A DNA stretch of 64,000 bases, taken from assembly GCA_004022145.1 (NCBI GenBank), contig RCNU01000002.1; one strand, 5' to 3'. Of the stretch, positions 50,680-64,000 are shown in pieces; positions within the stretch are counted from its first letter, which is position 1, and the number at the start of each line of letters is the position of its first letter. This stretch comes from Paecilomyces variotii. Lineage: Eukaryota. The translations under genes were made by a program, and so were the position numbers. The notes beneath the pieces were generated by a model. The model ran no database searches. It had not been told where the DNA came from and saw only the letters and a list, made by a program, of their open reading frames with translations.

Positions 50680-52034
50680 GGCCAAAGATAAAAATCGTTA
50701 TAACGATATATACAAAAAGGGTCCTCAGGGCTCAACGCGCGAGGTTTCCGGAATGAGCATATGTCAGAGTCATCCACATGCGCTTGCGACAATTGCTGAA
50801 GACCGCAGTTCAGTTACAAGCTCCGGGTCAAATCTCTGACTGCACGGCGTAGGGTCGACATCAATCCACCTCGAGAGCAAAAACCAGGAGATAAAGTGGT
50901 AAGAAAAATGGGACGCGAGGGAGAGATGATGACGCTCTAGGGCGCCTGTTTACTGCACATGCGCGGGGAACTGAAAACCGTTGATTAGATTGCTAGGCGT
51001 TTCTGAGGCTGGCGAAAACGACGCTTGTGACTGGAGCGAGGTGGGGTCTGGGGAAATAGGGCAGCATAAGGACCGGTTAGATCTCAAGCCTAACAAAATT
51101 GGCGGATGAGGTCAGGAGCTCAGACAGGCAAGTGATCTGATATAGAGAGGAAAAGGTCAAGATACGACGGCGTTGAACCGACGTTGACTCGGTTTCTCCT
51201 CGTCGAGGTCGACCACTCTCGCAATCACATGCAAAATTTCGGCCGCTCGAGCGCTGGTCGCGTGACGTATCGTTATTACCAGAATTATGTACCTTATTGT
51301 ACCACAGCACACGCTCTGCCTACCGGCCGGTCTGTGTAACCTTGTAACTTTCCGTCTCCCCATTACTTACAGTACGCTCGGTCGAACTATCCCAAGTCCG
51401 CAAGAGCTCTTTGGCCCGGAGATGACTTCCCCAGCCTCCGCATTGCGGCTCAGGACAGCGCGACTCTGGGGCAAAGACCAAAGGGCAAACTTGGTCTATT
51501 ATTATTCCGTCCTGTTCTGGGCGCTCCACGTTTCCTTTCCTCAAAGTTCAAACTGTCCAACGTCTCCTACCCCGCGTCTCTTGTCCCGTACTCGTCCGGC
51601 CTCAATGGACTAGGCTCCCCGGGTTTCTGATGATCATCATCAAGTCTGTCCCCTGACCCAACATTCTATCGGTGCTGGCCGTGTTCCAAAACCGAGGTTC
51701 AGGGACGGCAGACCATCAAGTCGGCCCTAGGTGAAAGTCTGATCCTACCTTCTTTGCGCGTGGCTTGTTGCGCTACCTAACACGGCTGCAAGTTGGGCTA
51801 ACCCCGTGGTTAGCTCAAACCTCAGCCCAATAACTGTTGGTTTTATATGCCACTAAAAGGGTACGTTTTGTGATTCTTTACATAGTGGTGGGTCGAGTAC
51901 GTCAAGAGGCTGCCTTCATGTATCGGGGCGTTGTCAATGGGCGTTCGGCTTCTTGGTTCTGATGTTTGCCAGATCCGTCCTGTAGAAGGAGCTTCTAAGG
52001 GAAAGGCTCATCTGGAGATGATCGGGCCGACGAC

Positions 52035-53930
52035 ATGGACCCTAGATTTCTCCTGGACCGCGAGAAAACTGTCGATCTTCGCATATTAAAGCCGTAAGTA
52101 CCACCGGCCTCTGGTCAGAGCGTTCTTCCGGAGATGTATTGAGGTCGTTGTGCATGAAACTCCGTACACCTGAACTGACTTGCTTCTGTAAACTCTAGCA
52201 TTGTGCGTGCCTATGCCTTGAGTTACCTGTCATCAACGGTCCCGAGGATCGTATCATGGGTGCGATTGGTAAGGAAGGAAGATGCAAATTCAAGTCCTGG
52301 GCAACGAATTACAGAGGTACGATGCGTTAATTCTCACCTGCTTCCCTCTGTGGATAACCTAAGTACCGCATTTCCTTTCCTTCTATCTCGATGTCGGTTT
52401 TTCCTACTTGTTCTCTTGCTGCTGCAACTTGTACTGCGGGTGGAAGCCTCGCGAGGATGACTGACATATCTGACATCCGGAGAGACTGTACCGTGAAAAG
52501 CAAAACTAACTGAAGACACCTCAAGCTCCGTCGAATTCTCGTTAATGCATTGCGGTTGAATGGGTTTCCAGCTTTCTGCGCTTTTGTCGTTGCTGGATCT
52601 ACCTTACTTCCGGTCCTGATCCTCAGGATCTATTCAACTCTTACTGCAAAGGCGGGGACGAAGAGGTTATCACAAACCCGCCGAGTCTTACAGCTCGTCC
52701 GGTTTTTATCTGCTTTCATATCGTCTTGGTTTAGCTTCCGGCTCCTCAACAAACGGCAGCATGAAGTGCGAGACTCTTCTGTTAACTCAAGCCCACGGGA
52801 GGAAGACGTGACGGTTACATCGAGACACGATTTGACTGAGCGACCAGAACTGACTGGTAGGACCTTGGACTTGACTCTCTTTGTATTCACTAGGGCCGTG
52901 GATGTGGTTGCATGCATAGCATGGGAACGCTGGCGGCAACGACGAAAGGCGCAGAACCGCTGGACCTTCGCTGAATCTATTGCACCACGGCTAGCAGATA
53001 GCGTCATTTTCACCGCAAGCACTGCGGCTATTATGTGGGCGTGGTTTTATGAGCCAGAACGTCTCCCACGCTCGTACGAAAAGTGGATCGGGGAAGCTGC
53101 GAAGGTTGATTCGAGGCTAATCGAGGCTCTCCGTCGAGCTCGAAGAGGGATATTCGTATACGGAAAGGATACTGGCCAAGCACCGTTGCTTCAGTCTATG
53201 TGCGAGGATTACAGCTGGCCACTTGAATGGGGCGACCCAGCAAAAACAATCCCTATACCATGTGAAATGGTTCACATGGGATGCGGCCCTAGTTGCGAGA
53301 AACATGCCGCGTGGCGCTTTGTACGAGCGTTCAAGTTTGCAAGCGCTACTTATCTTCCTCTTCAGCTCGCACTACGGCTTCGGACGAAACGGCAACTCTC
53401 TCGTGTCGTTGCTGCAGTTAAGGACACGCTGCGGTCATCAACATTCCTTGCCTCTTTTATAACCATCTTCTACTACTCGGTCTGCCTTGCACGGACGAGG
53501 TTGGGACCAAAGATTTTTGACTACAAGACGATCACGCCGATGATGTGGGACTCGGGACTGTGTGTTGGTGCCGGGTGTCTCCTCTGCGGTTGCAGTGTCC
53601 TCGTGGAGGGTGCGCGTAGGCGGCAGGAACTAGCCCTATTTGTGGCACCGCGAGCAGCAGCAACCCTGCTACCCCGACGGTACGAGAAGAAGGTACGATG
53701 CGCCTTGAAAATAGAGCATAGAGTCATGTGCCTGTAAAGGCTATGGGCTCAGGAAGCTGGGCTTTGTCGCTCTGGTTGGTTTCAGACTTGCTAACGAATT
53801 GCTATAGTATGAATATCGGGAACAGGCGGCTTTTGCCCTTAGTACTGCAGTAATTTTCACCTGTCTGCAAGAGCGACCAGAATTTGTCAGGGGTTTCATT
53901 GGCCGAATTGGTGCCCGGGTCATAAGATGA
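52035..53930 (+). CDS. Integral membrane protein, TMEM135-like, 4 exons
   Basis: LKP|IVRAYALSYL; GRTLDLTLFVFTRAVD; IMWAWFYEPERLPRSYEKWI; IPCEMVH; RRQELALFVAPRA. Confidence 0.8.
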
Positions 53931-54730
53931 AAGTTTCTGCATTGTGTACTTGTCTGGATGGTTACCATGCTTGGCCGCATAACACAGGGCGTTGGCTAGG
54001 TCGGTTGTTCCGAAGGCAAAAGATTCGCAAGGTGTCCATGATTAGGCTATGGTTTTCAATACCCAGATACTCTGTATACGTACTTGTGTCATAATTTATA
54101 ACTAATAATTTCTAGCTCATGTTCGTCTATGAAGAACAGCGGTGCTACGTATGTAATTTCGCACTTGGGTTTCGCACTTGGGTTCAGGGACTTGTACCCC
54201 AAAGGCAACATGAACTCTTATTGAGACGGTCTGCTGTGCGAGGCAGAGCGCTTGCATAGTCCTCAAGTTTCTTAATTCTGCCAGCCCCAGGGATGAGACC
54301 GTTCTGCCTTTGGCCATAGCGAACGAGGAAAGCGTTAATTTCTTTGTGTTAATTTGTTTGCCGCCTAGCATTATTCATGGCCATATATATAGTTAACTTG
54401 AGCGTTGATGAAAGTACAGCTACAGAGTAGTTAGAAAAATATATGTGCGTAAGCTTTGCTGTCATACGAATAGTAGTATTTATTTCCCTTCAATGTGAAT
54501 CAATCCAATGGCACCTATATTGCGACCCAGTAAATAGTATCAAATAAAACCCCAAAGCTTATGAGACTGAAGCAGGAGCGTGTTGTCGACAGTTGGTTCC
54601 ATTACTAACTAGCACATCCGGATTCCGGATGACGCCGCCAAGGAATATCACGTGTTGGAAAGTCTCCGTCCATAACTCCGCATCAAAGCGATTTCTCCAA
54701 AAAATCCGGAGGGGTTTGGCTTGATCAATT

Positions 54731-55669
54731 ATGGTGCCAGCTCCGTTCACAATGTTGGGGCGATGCCTCTCACGAGGTGTCGCACCTCGGATACCCAGCT
54801 ACATTATCAGAGAGCGTACTCCAGCAGTGCGGAGATGCCTGTCTGGGAGCCCAGTTTGGCGGCAACAAGCCGCGTCGGCGGCGCCATTCAATAGCCCTCA
54901 ATCAGTTAAAAGAAATACCTCTACAATGTGAGCATTGTTTTCCTCCTTCGATTGCCGACGTCAAATTTGCCGACCTTGTTCAGGTACTATACCATTAGCA
55001 TAATCATCGGAACTGTTGCTCTGGCTTATGGTTCCGTACCTCTCTATAAGATGGTAAGCAGGAATCATCGTACCCGTTCAGTATAAGATCTGTTCTGACC
55101 ATTGTCATGAAAACTATAGATTTGCCAGCAGACCGGCTGGAATGGTCAACCGGTTTCCACTCACCGCGTCGGTGATGGCGATACCTCGTCCCGCGTCCAG
55201 CCCGTCACAGATGCTCGACGTCTTCGAATTACATTCAACGGAACCGTTTCTGATGTCCTCCCATGGAAGTTCACGCCGCAGCAACGAGAAGTTCGTGTGC
55301 TTCCCGGCGAGACGGCTCTTGCCTTCTATACGGCGACGAACAAGGGTCCTGCGGATATCATCGGAGTTGCAACGTACAGTGTGACACCTGCCCAGGTCGC
55401 GCCGTACTTCAGCAAGATTCAATGTTTCTGCTTCGAGGAACAGAAACTAAATGCGGGAGAATCCGTTGATATGCCGGTTTTCTTCTTCATTGACCCGGAT
55501 TTCGTAAAAGATCCGTCCATGAAGGGAATTGATACCATTACTCTATCCTATACCTTTTTCAGTAAGTGCAGTACGTCAGGAGTTCTTGTACTCTATGGTT
55601 GCTAATAAATATTTAACAGAGGCCCGATATGATGACAATGGAGTCCTGAAGCCGACTCCCGGTAGCTGA
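54731..55669 (+). CDS. COX11: Cytochrome c oxidase assembly copper chaperone Cox11, 4 exons
   Basis: YGSVPLYKM|ICQQTGW; LPWKFTPQQREV; YFSKIQCFCFEEQ; VDMPVFFFIDP; ITLSYTFF. Confidence 0.96.
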
Positions 55670-56322
55670 GGCACAAGTATTATGCTCAGTTAATCGGCAG
55701 ATCGTATCATTGGAACGGGCAGATGCTCATGGTTAGCGCGGCAGCCCATCGTAGGCATCATGGCTGGAACTAACAGCTCAGAACCTGGGCAAAAGCCATG
55801 GTCCCATTCATGTTGAACAGGCCATACTTTCTGTCAACAGTGACCTTAGATTCTCCACTTATCATCCTGTTTCATTATTTGCACACAAGGAGTACACATA
55901 CTGCGGTGGAAAATTGATTTTCTGCAAACAATCTGTACAATAGAGCATCATCTCCATGGGATGGACATTGAATAAATCCGAACTCCTCCTGGAACCCTGA
56001 ATATATAGAAATGGAAGAAAAAAAAAATGCTAGAACTTATTTGTAAAATTAGCCACTGAATTCGACTATAGTATCGGCTTAGACTGATTACGGTACCTAA
56101 GTTTGTACCAGTGGTGTTGATCATCATATTTATGGTGCCTCAGGCATCAACACATGAAATCCATTTCACGTCACGCACGGACCATCAATTAATTGCACGC
56201 GAAGACGCGTTCCGTCGAGAGCTTCGATGGTCTCGAAGATCATGAATTGTACTCACAAGCGCCGTGAATGAGTCTGAAGCTTCCACGGACGCTATATTCA
56301 TTCGAAGAACACAAGTAGCATA

Positions 56323-57677
56323 ATGGCTCTTCTTGTTGATAAATTGCGGCCGCGGACCCTTGATTCGCTCACCTATCACCATGAGCTGTCTGCCCGCCTG
56401 AAGTCCTTGGTAAGCTAACGCCCGTTTTCTCTCAATTGCTCCCTTGAAGGTAGGAACTGAACCAACGGTATGTTTCTGTATAGGCACAAAGCGGCGACTT
56501 CCCACATCTTCTCGTCTACGGTCCTTCAGGTGCTGGAAAGAAAACTCGTATCATCGCAACTCTCAAGGAGCTCTACGGCCCCGGAGTGGAAAAGATCAAG
56601 ATCGACGCACGTGTCTTCCAAACGACTAGCAATAGAAAGCTCGAATTCAACATCGTCGCCTCTGTCTATCATCTAGAAATCACACCATCAGATGTGGGAA
56701 ACTATGATCGAGTCGTTGTGCAGGAGCTGCTCAAGGAAGTGGCACAGACGCAACAGGTTGACGTCTCGGCCAAGCAGCGTTTCAAGGTCGTTGTGATAAA
56801 CGAAGCCGACCACCTGACTCGTGATGCACAAGCAGCGTTGAGACGGACGATGGAGAAATACAGTCCGAACTTGAGATTGATCCTCCTAGCGAACAGTACG
56901 GCGAATATCATCGCACCTATCCGCTCGCGAACTCTGCTGGTCAGAGTGGCAGCGCCCTCCGAGGATGAGATCAGTACTGTATTGAAGGCAGCTGCGGAGA
57001 AGGAGGGGTGGACGCAGGTTGATGCGCTCAATAAGAGGATCGCAAAAGAGAGCGGGAGGAATCTTCGGCGAGCGCTGCTTATGTTCGAGGCCATCTATGC
57101 ACAGAAGTATGTCTGGCCCCAGCAAATATGTAGCGAATTTGTCCTAACCGATTTACCCTTCACAGTGAGAAAGTGACAGATAAAACACCGATACCGCCTC
57201 CGGACTGGGAGGCCTTGGTTTCTTTGACTGCAGACGAGATCATGGCCGAGCGATCGCCGGCGCGGTTGCTACAGGTTCGCGCAAGACTCTATGACCTTCT
57301 TACTCACTGTATACCACCTACAACTGTTCTCAAGGTAGGAATCATGGCTTTCATTCCCTGGGGACCCAAGCTGACGAGCTACAGACTTTAACCTTCAAAC
57401 TCATTCCGAAGGTTGATGACGCATTGAAACCGGAAGTCATCAAGTGGTCCGCTTTCTATGAACATCGGATAAAGATGGGTAGCGTAAGTATCTTACGATT
57501 AGGATGTATCCATGTTCAGAATGCTGAGATAAGACTTACAGAAAGTGATATTCCATCTGGAGGCGTTTGTCGCAAAATTTATGCGTATCTATGAAAGGTG
57601 AGTGATTCTGTGTGAGATTGGATGAAATACTTGCTGAATTTCTGCTTTCTAGTTATTTGATGGGAATGGACTTTTAA
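56323..57677 (+). CDS. RFC5: Replication factor C small subunit Rfc5, multi-exon
   Basis: MALLVDKLRPR; DFPHLLVYGPSGAGKKTR; VVINEADHLTRDAQAALRRTMEKY; IFHLEAFVAKFM. Confidence 0.95.
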
Positions 57678-58858
57678 TCTGGAGATGAGAGAAATGAATT
57701 AATGATTGCGTCCATATCATAACTACCGGGGCATAAGATCTTTATTCGAGGTGTGTAAGGGGTATATCTCTTGTTCCGCTACCCCATCTACTGAGGCCTG
57801 TATTTCTACGTCTTCGAAACGAAAAAGGACGATCATTCCAGCTTCATGAACTCTATTGTATCAATCGTGGTATCTCCAATTGGACCACACCACAGAATTG
57901 CTCCGTATCATTCATCCTCACTAAGTAACAATTTTCCATCGCAAAGTAGAGTAATTACATACTCAAGCTTCAAGATGTCAAGCGTGCGGGTGGTTCAGAA
58001 TGGTGGGAATATCTCATCCCCCACGTTGGGGGAACCAGGGGAGAAACTACGTCATACCCATCCTGTATCCAGCTACAACCTACCATTAAAGCTCCAGCTT
58101 CCTTTTGGGACATGTCATATTTTCCCTCGAATACATTTAATTCCTAATAAAACAACTATTTGTGTTCTCTGTTCTGGCTCGAATCAACATCAATTGCTCT
58201 GTTCGTACCTACACCACACCCTCATAACATGTCGTCCTCTGATAAATTGATGGATACGGAACCTGGTGGCGAGAGCCGACAGTAAGTCTTTTTGATGCGT
58301 CAACTTTCTGCTCCTCCTGGAGAATATTCGATTAATCGATTATTCATAGGTATGAGTCCATAAAGGAGTTCACGAAGACGCCCCCGAAACAGAGTGGCCA
58401 GCTGAGAGGTATGTCCTGGCTGCTTTAAACCGGGCGTCCTGTACTTGGAAAACTAACATGTGTTGTAGCTGGAGCTGCACACACATACAGTGATATTAAA
58501 ACTGGTCTAGAGCCCGGAGAGGCCCAGGAGGGTTATGGCGAAATTTCCCCAGATGAAGATGGGTTCGCGGGCAGAACAACTGACGTATCGGGAGAGGCTG
58601 ATAAAGGTATTGTATTTATTGTCCTATTCTTTCATTTATTCCCATATACAAACACATCCTTCAGTTGAGAAAGAAACGAAGAAAAAAGCTGACGGTAGTG
58701 TACACAAGATCTGAAACCACGGGCGCCAGAAGATGATGAGGAGGCGAGGAAAAGCAGGCGAGCACAGAGGTATGGGCCTGGTTCAGGTGTCGGTGCATAG
58801 ATGTTGGAAAAGTGCATTTAAAGGAGGTATGAAGCAGCATCGCGATAGGATATATAGC

Positions 58859-59661
58859 CTATGAAGTGCTCGTAGGGGAGGTGCTGGACGAAACCGATTT
58901 CGGTGCTGACTTCTCCATGCCGAGCGGCACTTCTCTCCTCGGGCGCTTGAGGCTCTCCAATGTAACTCCGTTTTGGAGCTTCGTCAATCCAACAACTGGA
59001 GGGTCACCCTTCTTCACAAATTCCCAGAGTCCTAGACAGATAATCAATACAAGTATATTTGAAAACATATGCGGAGCTGGACGTACCAGGAAGCTTGTGA
59101 GCTGCCAGTCGGAAGGCCTCCCTGGCGATCTTCTCGTGAATGTCACCCCTCAGCTCAAAAACAATCCTGCTCACAGGAAGCCTGACGGCCCAGTAGTCGA
59201 ACTTTCCCTTTCCCTTACCCATACGCATCTCATTTCCGGATGTGTAGACACCAATGTTGGCGCTCACGCGCTTGTAAAGTTCGTAATTCATTCCTCTCAG
59301 CCTTCGACGGATGGTCTCCTCCCCAATTTTCAATTGCGCCGCAGACACACGTCGGTCGTGGTCCTTCATTCGCAGGCCATAATCACCCCAAACGACTGTT
59401 GTTCCTCGGTATGATCCTCCGGTTGGGACATGCGGGCGACCCTTTGGAGACTTAGATTTTTCCATGAACTTTGGGGCCAGCCAGTCCAGGGCGGGTGATG
59501 TGGTCGAGAAACATCTCGACAACGGAAGAGAAAGGCCTTATTCCAAAACTCGTCAGCATGGGCTGTGAAAACCTCTTTTTCATCGGACGCCAGTAATACT
59601 CACAGGATGGCCGGAGGAAGGCCAATTGGGGGCCTCGGAACATCTTCAACTGAGGACCCAT
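58859..59661 (-). CDS. MRPL16: Mitochondrial ribosomal protein uL16m, 3 exons
   Basis: TTVVWGDYGLRM, GNEMRMGKGKGKFDYW, AREAFRLAAHKLPG|LWEFVKKG; presequence-like first exon. Confidence 0.93.
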
Positions 59662-59994
59662 TGTGACGGACTGACCAGATCCTGGTTGAAGATGGTTGAT
59701 GCTTGAAATCTGGAACCCCGGTCTTTTGACGCTCTCCGATACTCGAGACCGGAGATCTTCTGTCCCGAATTGGCGAAGTTGGATGCACGTGCCACAGAGG
59801 TCTGTGTTATGTCAGCAGACATATTGGATCACGCTTTAGCGCGTCTCCCCGCGACGGGACGTGTAATTGTAGGAGCTGCCTGGGAGCTGTTATAGCGACG
59901 CTATTTTCTTCAGCTGGGTTGTCAACAGCTTGTCAATCCTACATCGCCCGCTCTGGTAGTTGCTGCCCTGGTCGCCCCAGAAGTTCAATCCACG

Positions 59995-62900
59995 ATGCCT
60001 GCGGACATCAGGAGCTTCTTCGGTGGCAAGCCCGCCCAAGGCTCAGCTCCGAAGGCACCAGCTAAGAAGACAGAGGTATGTCCATGAAGCAAAGGAAACT
60101 ATACATTTTTCCCTGCATTTCCTTCGTTGTTAAGTGAATTTGCAAAGGTCAAATCTACATTTTGCACCCAATGCTTTCGTCCACTATGACAATTTAGTTA
60201 AGCTTAGCTTTGCTGATACAATCATTTCTACAGGACCAGTCCACTGCTAGAAAGAAGCGTATGTCAGGCAGAAATTTCTATCTCAATCGCAGCCGCTAAT
60301 ATAAAAACAGGAAGCAGGAAGGTCGTCGACGATAGTGACGATGAAGAGGTAGTCGAGCAAAAAGCTCCGGCGCCGAAGCCTAAGCCAGCGTCTGAAAAGT
60401 ATTGTATTTCCCGGTCACATTCTAAACCTTGCCTTCAGCTGACACATGCTACGATTCAGGAAAGAGGAAATAGCGAAAGGAGAGCCGACGTCCACCTCTG
60501 ATTACTTCGCTTCCTCAAAGAAGAGGGGCCGGCCCCCAAAGGCTAAAAGTGAATCTACGACTGCTGCACCCGAGGCGCAAGAGAAACCCGAGAAAGGCAC
60601 ACCCGGATCTAAGAAGTTTGCTGAGTTCAAGATGCCTCCAGAGACCCCTCCGTCTGTCGGGAAAGAGAGTGTGAAGCGTAACCCGCCGCGAGGCAAGAAG
60701 CTCCATACCGTGGACGAAGAAGAGAATCTCGGTGGTGATGACATTTTCGCGACAGAATACCAGAAGCCCGGCAGAGGTGATGATGATTATGTCGAAGAGG
60801 ACGATGACGGAAGTGAATTCGAGGAGCTTGTCGTACGGCCTGCAGTAGCGGCTAGAAAAGAATCGGAGAGCCGAAAGAAAGCGTCAGTTGATAAGGAAGA
60901 TGTGGAGATGGAGGATGCCCCTGTGCCCTCTAAACCTTCTCGACGGAAACGAAAGTCAGAAGCTCTACTTGACAAGGGCGAAGATGATGATTCATATGAG
61001 GATGCAAAGAAGAAAGCCAAGCCGTCATCGGCAAAGGCGACGCCCAAGAAGCCGAAAGCGGCATCGACAAAGCAGGATAAGCCGGAGAGTAAAGAAATCC
61101 AGGATATATTCGACAGTATCCCAACAGTTAGACCACCTTCGCCTCCGAAGAAGTCTGGCGACTCCAAGAAATTCAACTTTGCTCAGCATGCCCAACACAC
61201 ACAACCTCCGCCGGGAGCTGGGACTAAGGAGATGCCAGTCGGTGCCGAAAATTGCCTTGCTGGCCTGTCCTTTGTCTTTACTGGTATTCTAGATACTCTG
61301 GGCCGTGATGAAGGACAGTCGCTTGTGAAACGGTACGGCGGTAAAGTCACTACTGCGCCCAGCTCGAAGACAAGCTATGTGGTCCTAGGAAGTGACGCTG
61401 GACCTAAAAAGCTCGAGACAATTCAAAAATTCAAGATCAAGACTATAAATGAGGATGGTCTCTTTGAGCTGATTCGTCGACTGCCACCAAACGGTGGTGA
61501 TGGAAAGGCGGCGGAACAATATGCCGCTAAGAAAAAAGCCGAGGAAGAAAAGATTCGAGCCATGGCTGCTGAGATTGACCGAGAGGAGAAGCAGAAGATC
61601 AAGAGTGTGGGAACATTGGGAGCCAACGCTCCGCAGGGGTCACAGGCTCCTTCAAGCTCCCAAGGACCCAGGGTGGATGATCGCCTCTGGACAACAAAGT
61701 ATGCCCCGACGTCTATAAACATGATATGTGGAAACAAAGGCATGGTTGAAAAGCTTCAGGTTTGGCTGAGGGAGTGGCATACGAACGCAAAGTTGAACTT
61801 CAAGAGACCGGGCAAGGATGGATTAGGTCTCTATCGTGCTGTCATGATCCACGGCCCACCGGGTATCGGAAAGACAACAGCAGCACATCTGGTTGCCAAA
61901 CTAGAGAACTACGACGTTGTTGAGACAAATGCAAGTGATACCCGAAGCAAGAAGCTTGTAGAAAACGGCTTGCTTGGTGTCCTGGACACGACCTCTCTGC
62001 AAGGTTATTTTGCCGGCGCAGGGCAAAAGGTCGAGAGCGACAAAAAGAAGATGGTTCTCATTATGGATGAAGTCGATGGAATGTCAGCTGGTGACCGGGG
62101 TGGCGTTGGCGCCCTAGCTGCTGTTGCCAAAAAGACCCGAATTCCACTTATCCTCATCTGCAATGACCGAAGACTTCCAAAGATGAAGCCTTTCGATCAT
62201 GTAACATTTGACTTGCCCTTCAGAAGACCGACTGCCGATCAGATACGGGCGAGGCTCTCAACTATCTGTTTTAGGGAGGGCTTGAAGATTCCGCCTCAGG
62301 TCTTGGACGGGCTGATTGAAGGCACTCATGCCGATATACGCCAAGTCATTAATATGCTCTCTACAGTGAAGCTCGACCAGCAAAATCTTGACTACGACAA
62401 GGGCAAAGAGTTGTCGAAAGCATGGGAGAAGCACGTTATCCTGAAGCCTTGGGATATCGTCAGCAAGATATTGAGCGCCCAGATGTTCTCCCAAAGCTCG
62501 AAGGCTACATTGAATGACAAAATCGAGCTGTACTTCAACGACCATGAATTCAGTTATCTCATGCTACAGGAAAACTATCTAAAGACGAACCCGACTCTAG
62601 CTGGCGGTTATCAAGGGAAGGAGCGCAACCTGAAATTGCTCGAGCTGGCCGAAAATGCAGCCTCAAGCATTAGTGATGGTGATCTCGTGGATAGAATGAT
62701 CCATGGCGCACAACAACAATGGAGTTTGATGCCAACACATGCTGCCTTTAGTTTTGTCCGCCCGGCTAGTTTCGTATCTGGTAATATGGTTGAGCGGCCA
62801 ACATTTACTAGTTGGCTCGGCCAGAACAGCAAGCAAGGTATGTTATTACTGTCTAATATTTGTCCTACTGCTCGCTGACAACGTTCTCAGGGAAACTTTC

Positions 62901-63525
62901 GCGATACATCAAAGAAATACAAGCCCATATGCGTCTTCGCTCCTCGGGCGATCGCGACGAAGTCAGACAGCAGTATTTCCCGCTTCTGTGGGACAGATTG
63001 ATCCGCAGAATGATGGATGAAGGAAAAGAGAGCGTTGAGGGTGTCATTGATCTAATGGACAGCTATTTCTTGACCCGCGATGACTGGGATGCTATGGTCG
63101 AGCTCGGCTTGGGTCCCATGGACGAGTCTAAGGTCAAACTGGAGAGTCAGACGAAAGCCACTTTTACACGCCTTTACAACCAACGGTCGCATCCTATCCC
63201 ATTCATGAAGGCGAGCAGCATTGTAGCGCCTAAGAACATACCCCGAGAGAAGCCGGACATCGAAGAAGCTATCGATGAATCGGACGAGGGAGAAGAAGTC
63301 TTAGATGCCGAGACCAAGGAAGACGATGAGAGCGAAGAGCTCGACCTCAAAAAAGACAAATATGTGAAGGTCCCGAAGAAGCCAGCCTCGAAGGGAGGAG
63401 CAGCAAAGGGGAAGAAAGCCACGAAGGGCAAAAAGGGTGGGAACCAAGAGGATTTTATCGACGACGACGAAGAGGAGGAAAAGCCCAAGAAGGGGCGGGG
63501 TCGGAAGCCTAAGGCAAAAGCCTGA
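59995..63525 (+). CDS. RFC1: Replication factor C large subunit Rfc1, multi-exon
   Basis: MPADIRSFFG PIP-like start; BRCT (CLAGLSFVFTG); Walker A GPPGIGKTT; Walker B IMDEVDGMS; C-terminal RFC1 domain. Confidence 0.96.
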
Positions 63526-64000
63526 GCATGGTTATTGCATTTCCATTCTGCCCGGTATCATTCTTAGGACTCGCGATGTCCATTTAGTGCTTTGAACGCT
63601 GTACATTTAATGCTGGAAACCGTCATGTATCGCCAGGCTATTTGCAACGGAGTGGTTGTTCAGCGGTCTGTTGCCATTCTATCATGATCAGTGCATGTAT
63701 TATAATAAAGAATTATCCATTGACGACAGCGCCTCCAAGAAGTACTAACTATGTGTAACTGGGAAGTATTCTTAGTTATGAGATGCCGTGGCTGAAGACG
63801 CGGAGTAGTTTCGACCGCCAAGGAGCGGAGCCCCATCAGCCCCCCATCAAGCCTCGGCCTCGCGACGATCTCACTCCTACACCCGTTACTAGGTACCTAG
63901 TAGAGGGAGATCATGCTTATATCGTCGCGTCCTTTACGTCTAGAATCGTTTTCTTCGTTCCTTAGATCAGGCTGGTCCTGATCGAACACGGCCCTCATTT

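Noticed and set aside
54158..54184. Short tandem duplication TTCGCACTTGGGTT x2
   Set aside because: Only two units with no spacers; a simple slippage duplication, not an array
57846..58250. 134-aa ORF between RFC5 and MRPL16
   Set aside because: No recognisable domain; lies in the convergent 3' intergenic region

Overview
Gene-dense eukaryotic (filamentous ascomycete, Eurotiales-like by inference) genomic DNA with short GT-AG introns and CTRAY branch points. About 19 conserved genes can be reconstructed: a Zn2Cys6 TF, an Arg/Glu-rich protein, a But2-domain secreted protein, a probable mitoribosomal mS26, NOG2, IKS1 kinase, MOB1, RGP1, RRG9, a WD40 protein, SPO22/ZIP4, an AcuM/RDS2-type TF, CENP-Q, a bHLH TF, a TMEM135-like protein, COX11, RFC5, MRPL16 and RFC1. 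The best-supported non-coding element is a box H/ACA snoRNA (snR191/U19 type) in the long second NOG2 intron, with both pseudouridylation pockets readable by eye. The most unusual region is a ~6.5-kb accessory island between IKS1 and MOB1. It carries a BTB-like remnant, an intact PD-(D/E)XK-like nuclease gene, a decayed HNH nuclease and a pseudokinase bracketed by direct repeats. A frameshifted paralog of the nuclease sits ~17 kb away, beside SPO22. No tRNA, rRNA, CRISPR array or intact transposon was recognised. All family assignments are from motif recognition, not database searches, and splice junctions were read by eye.
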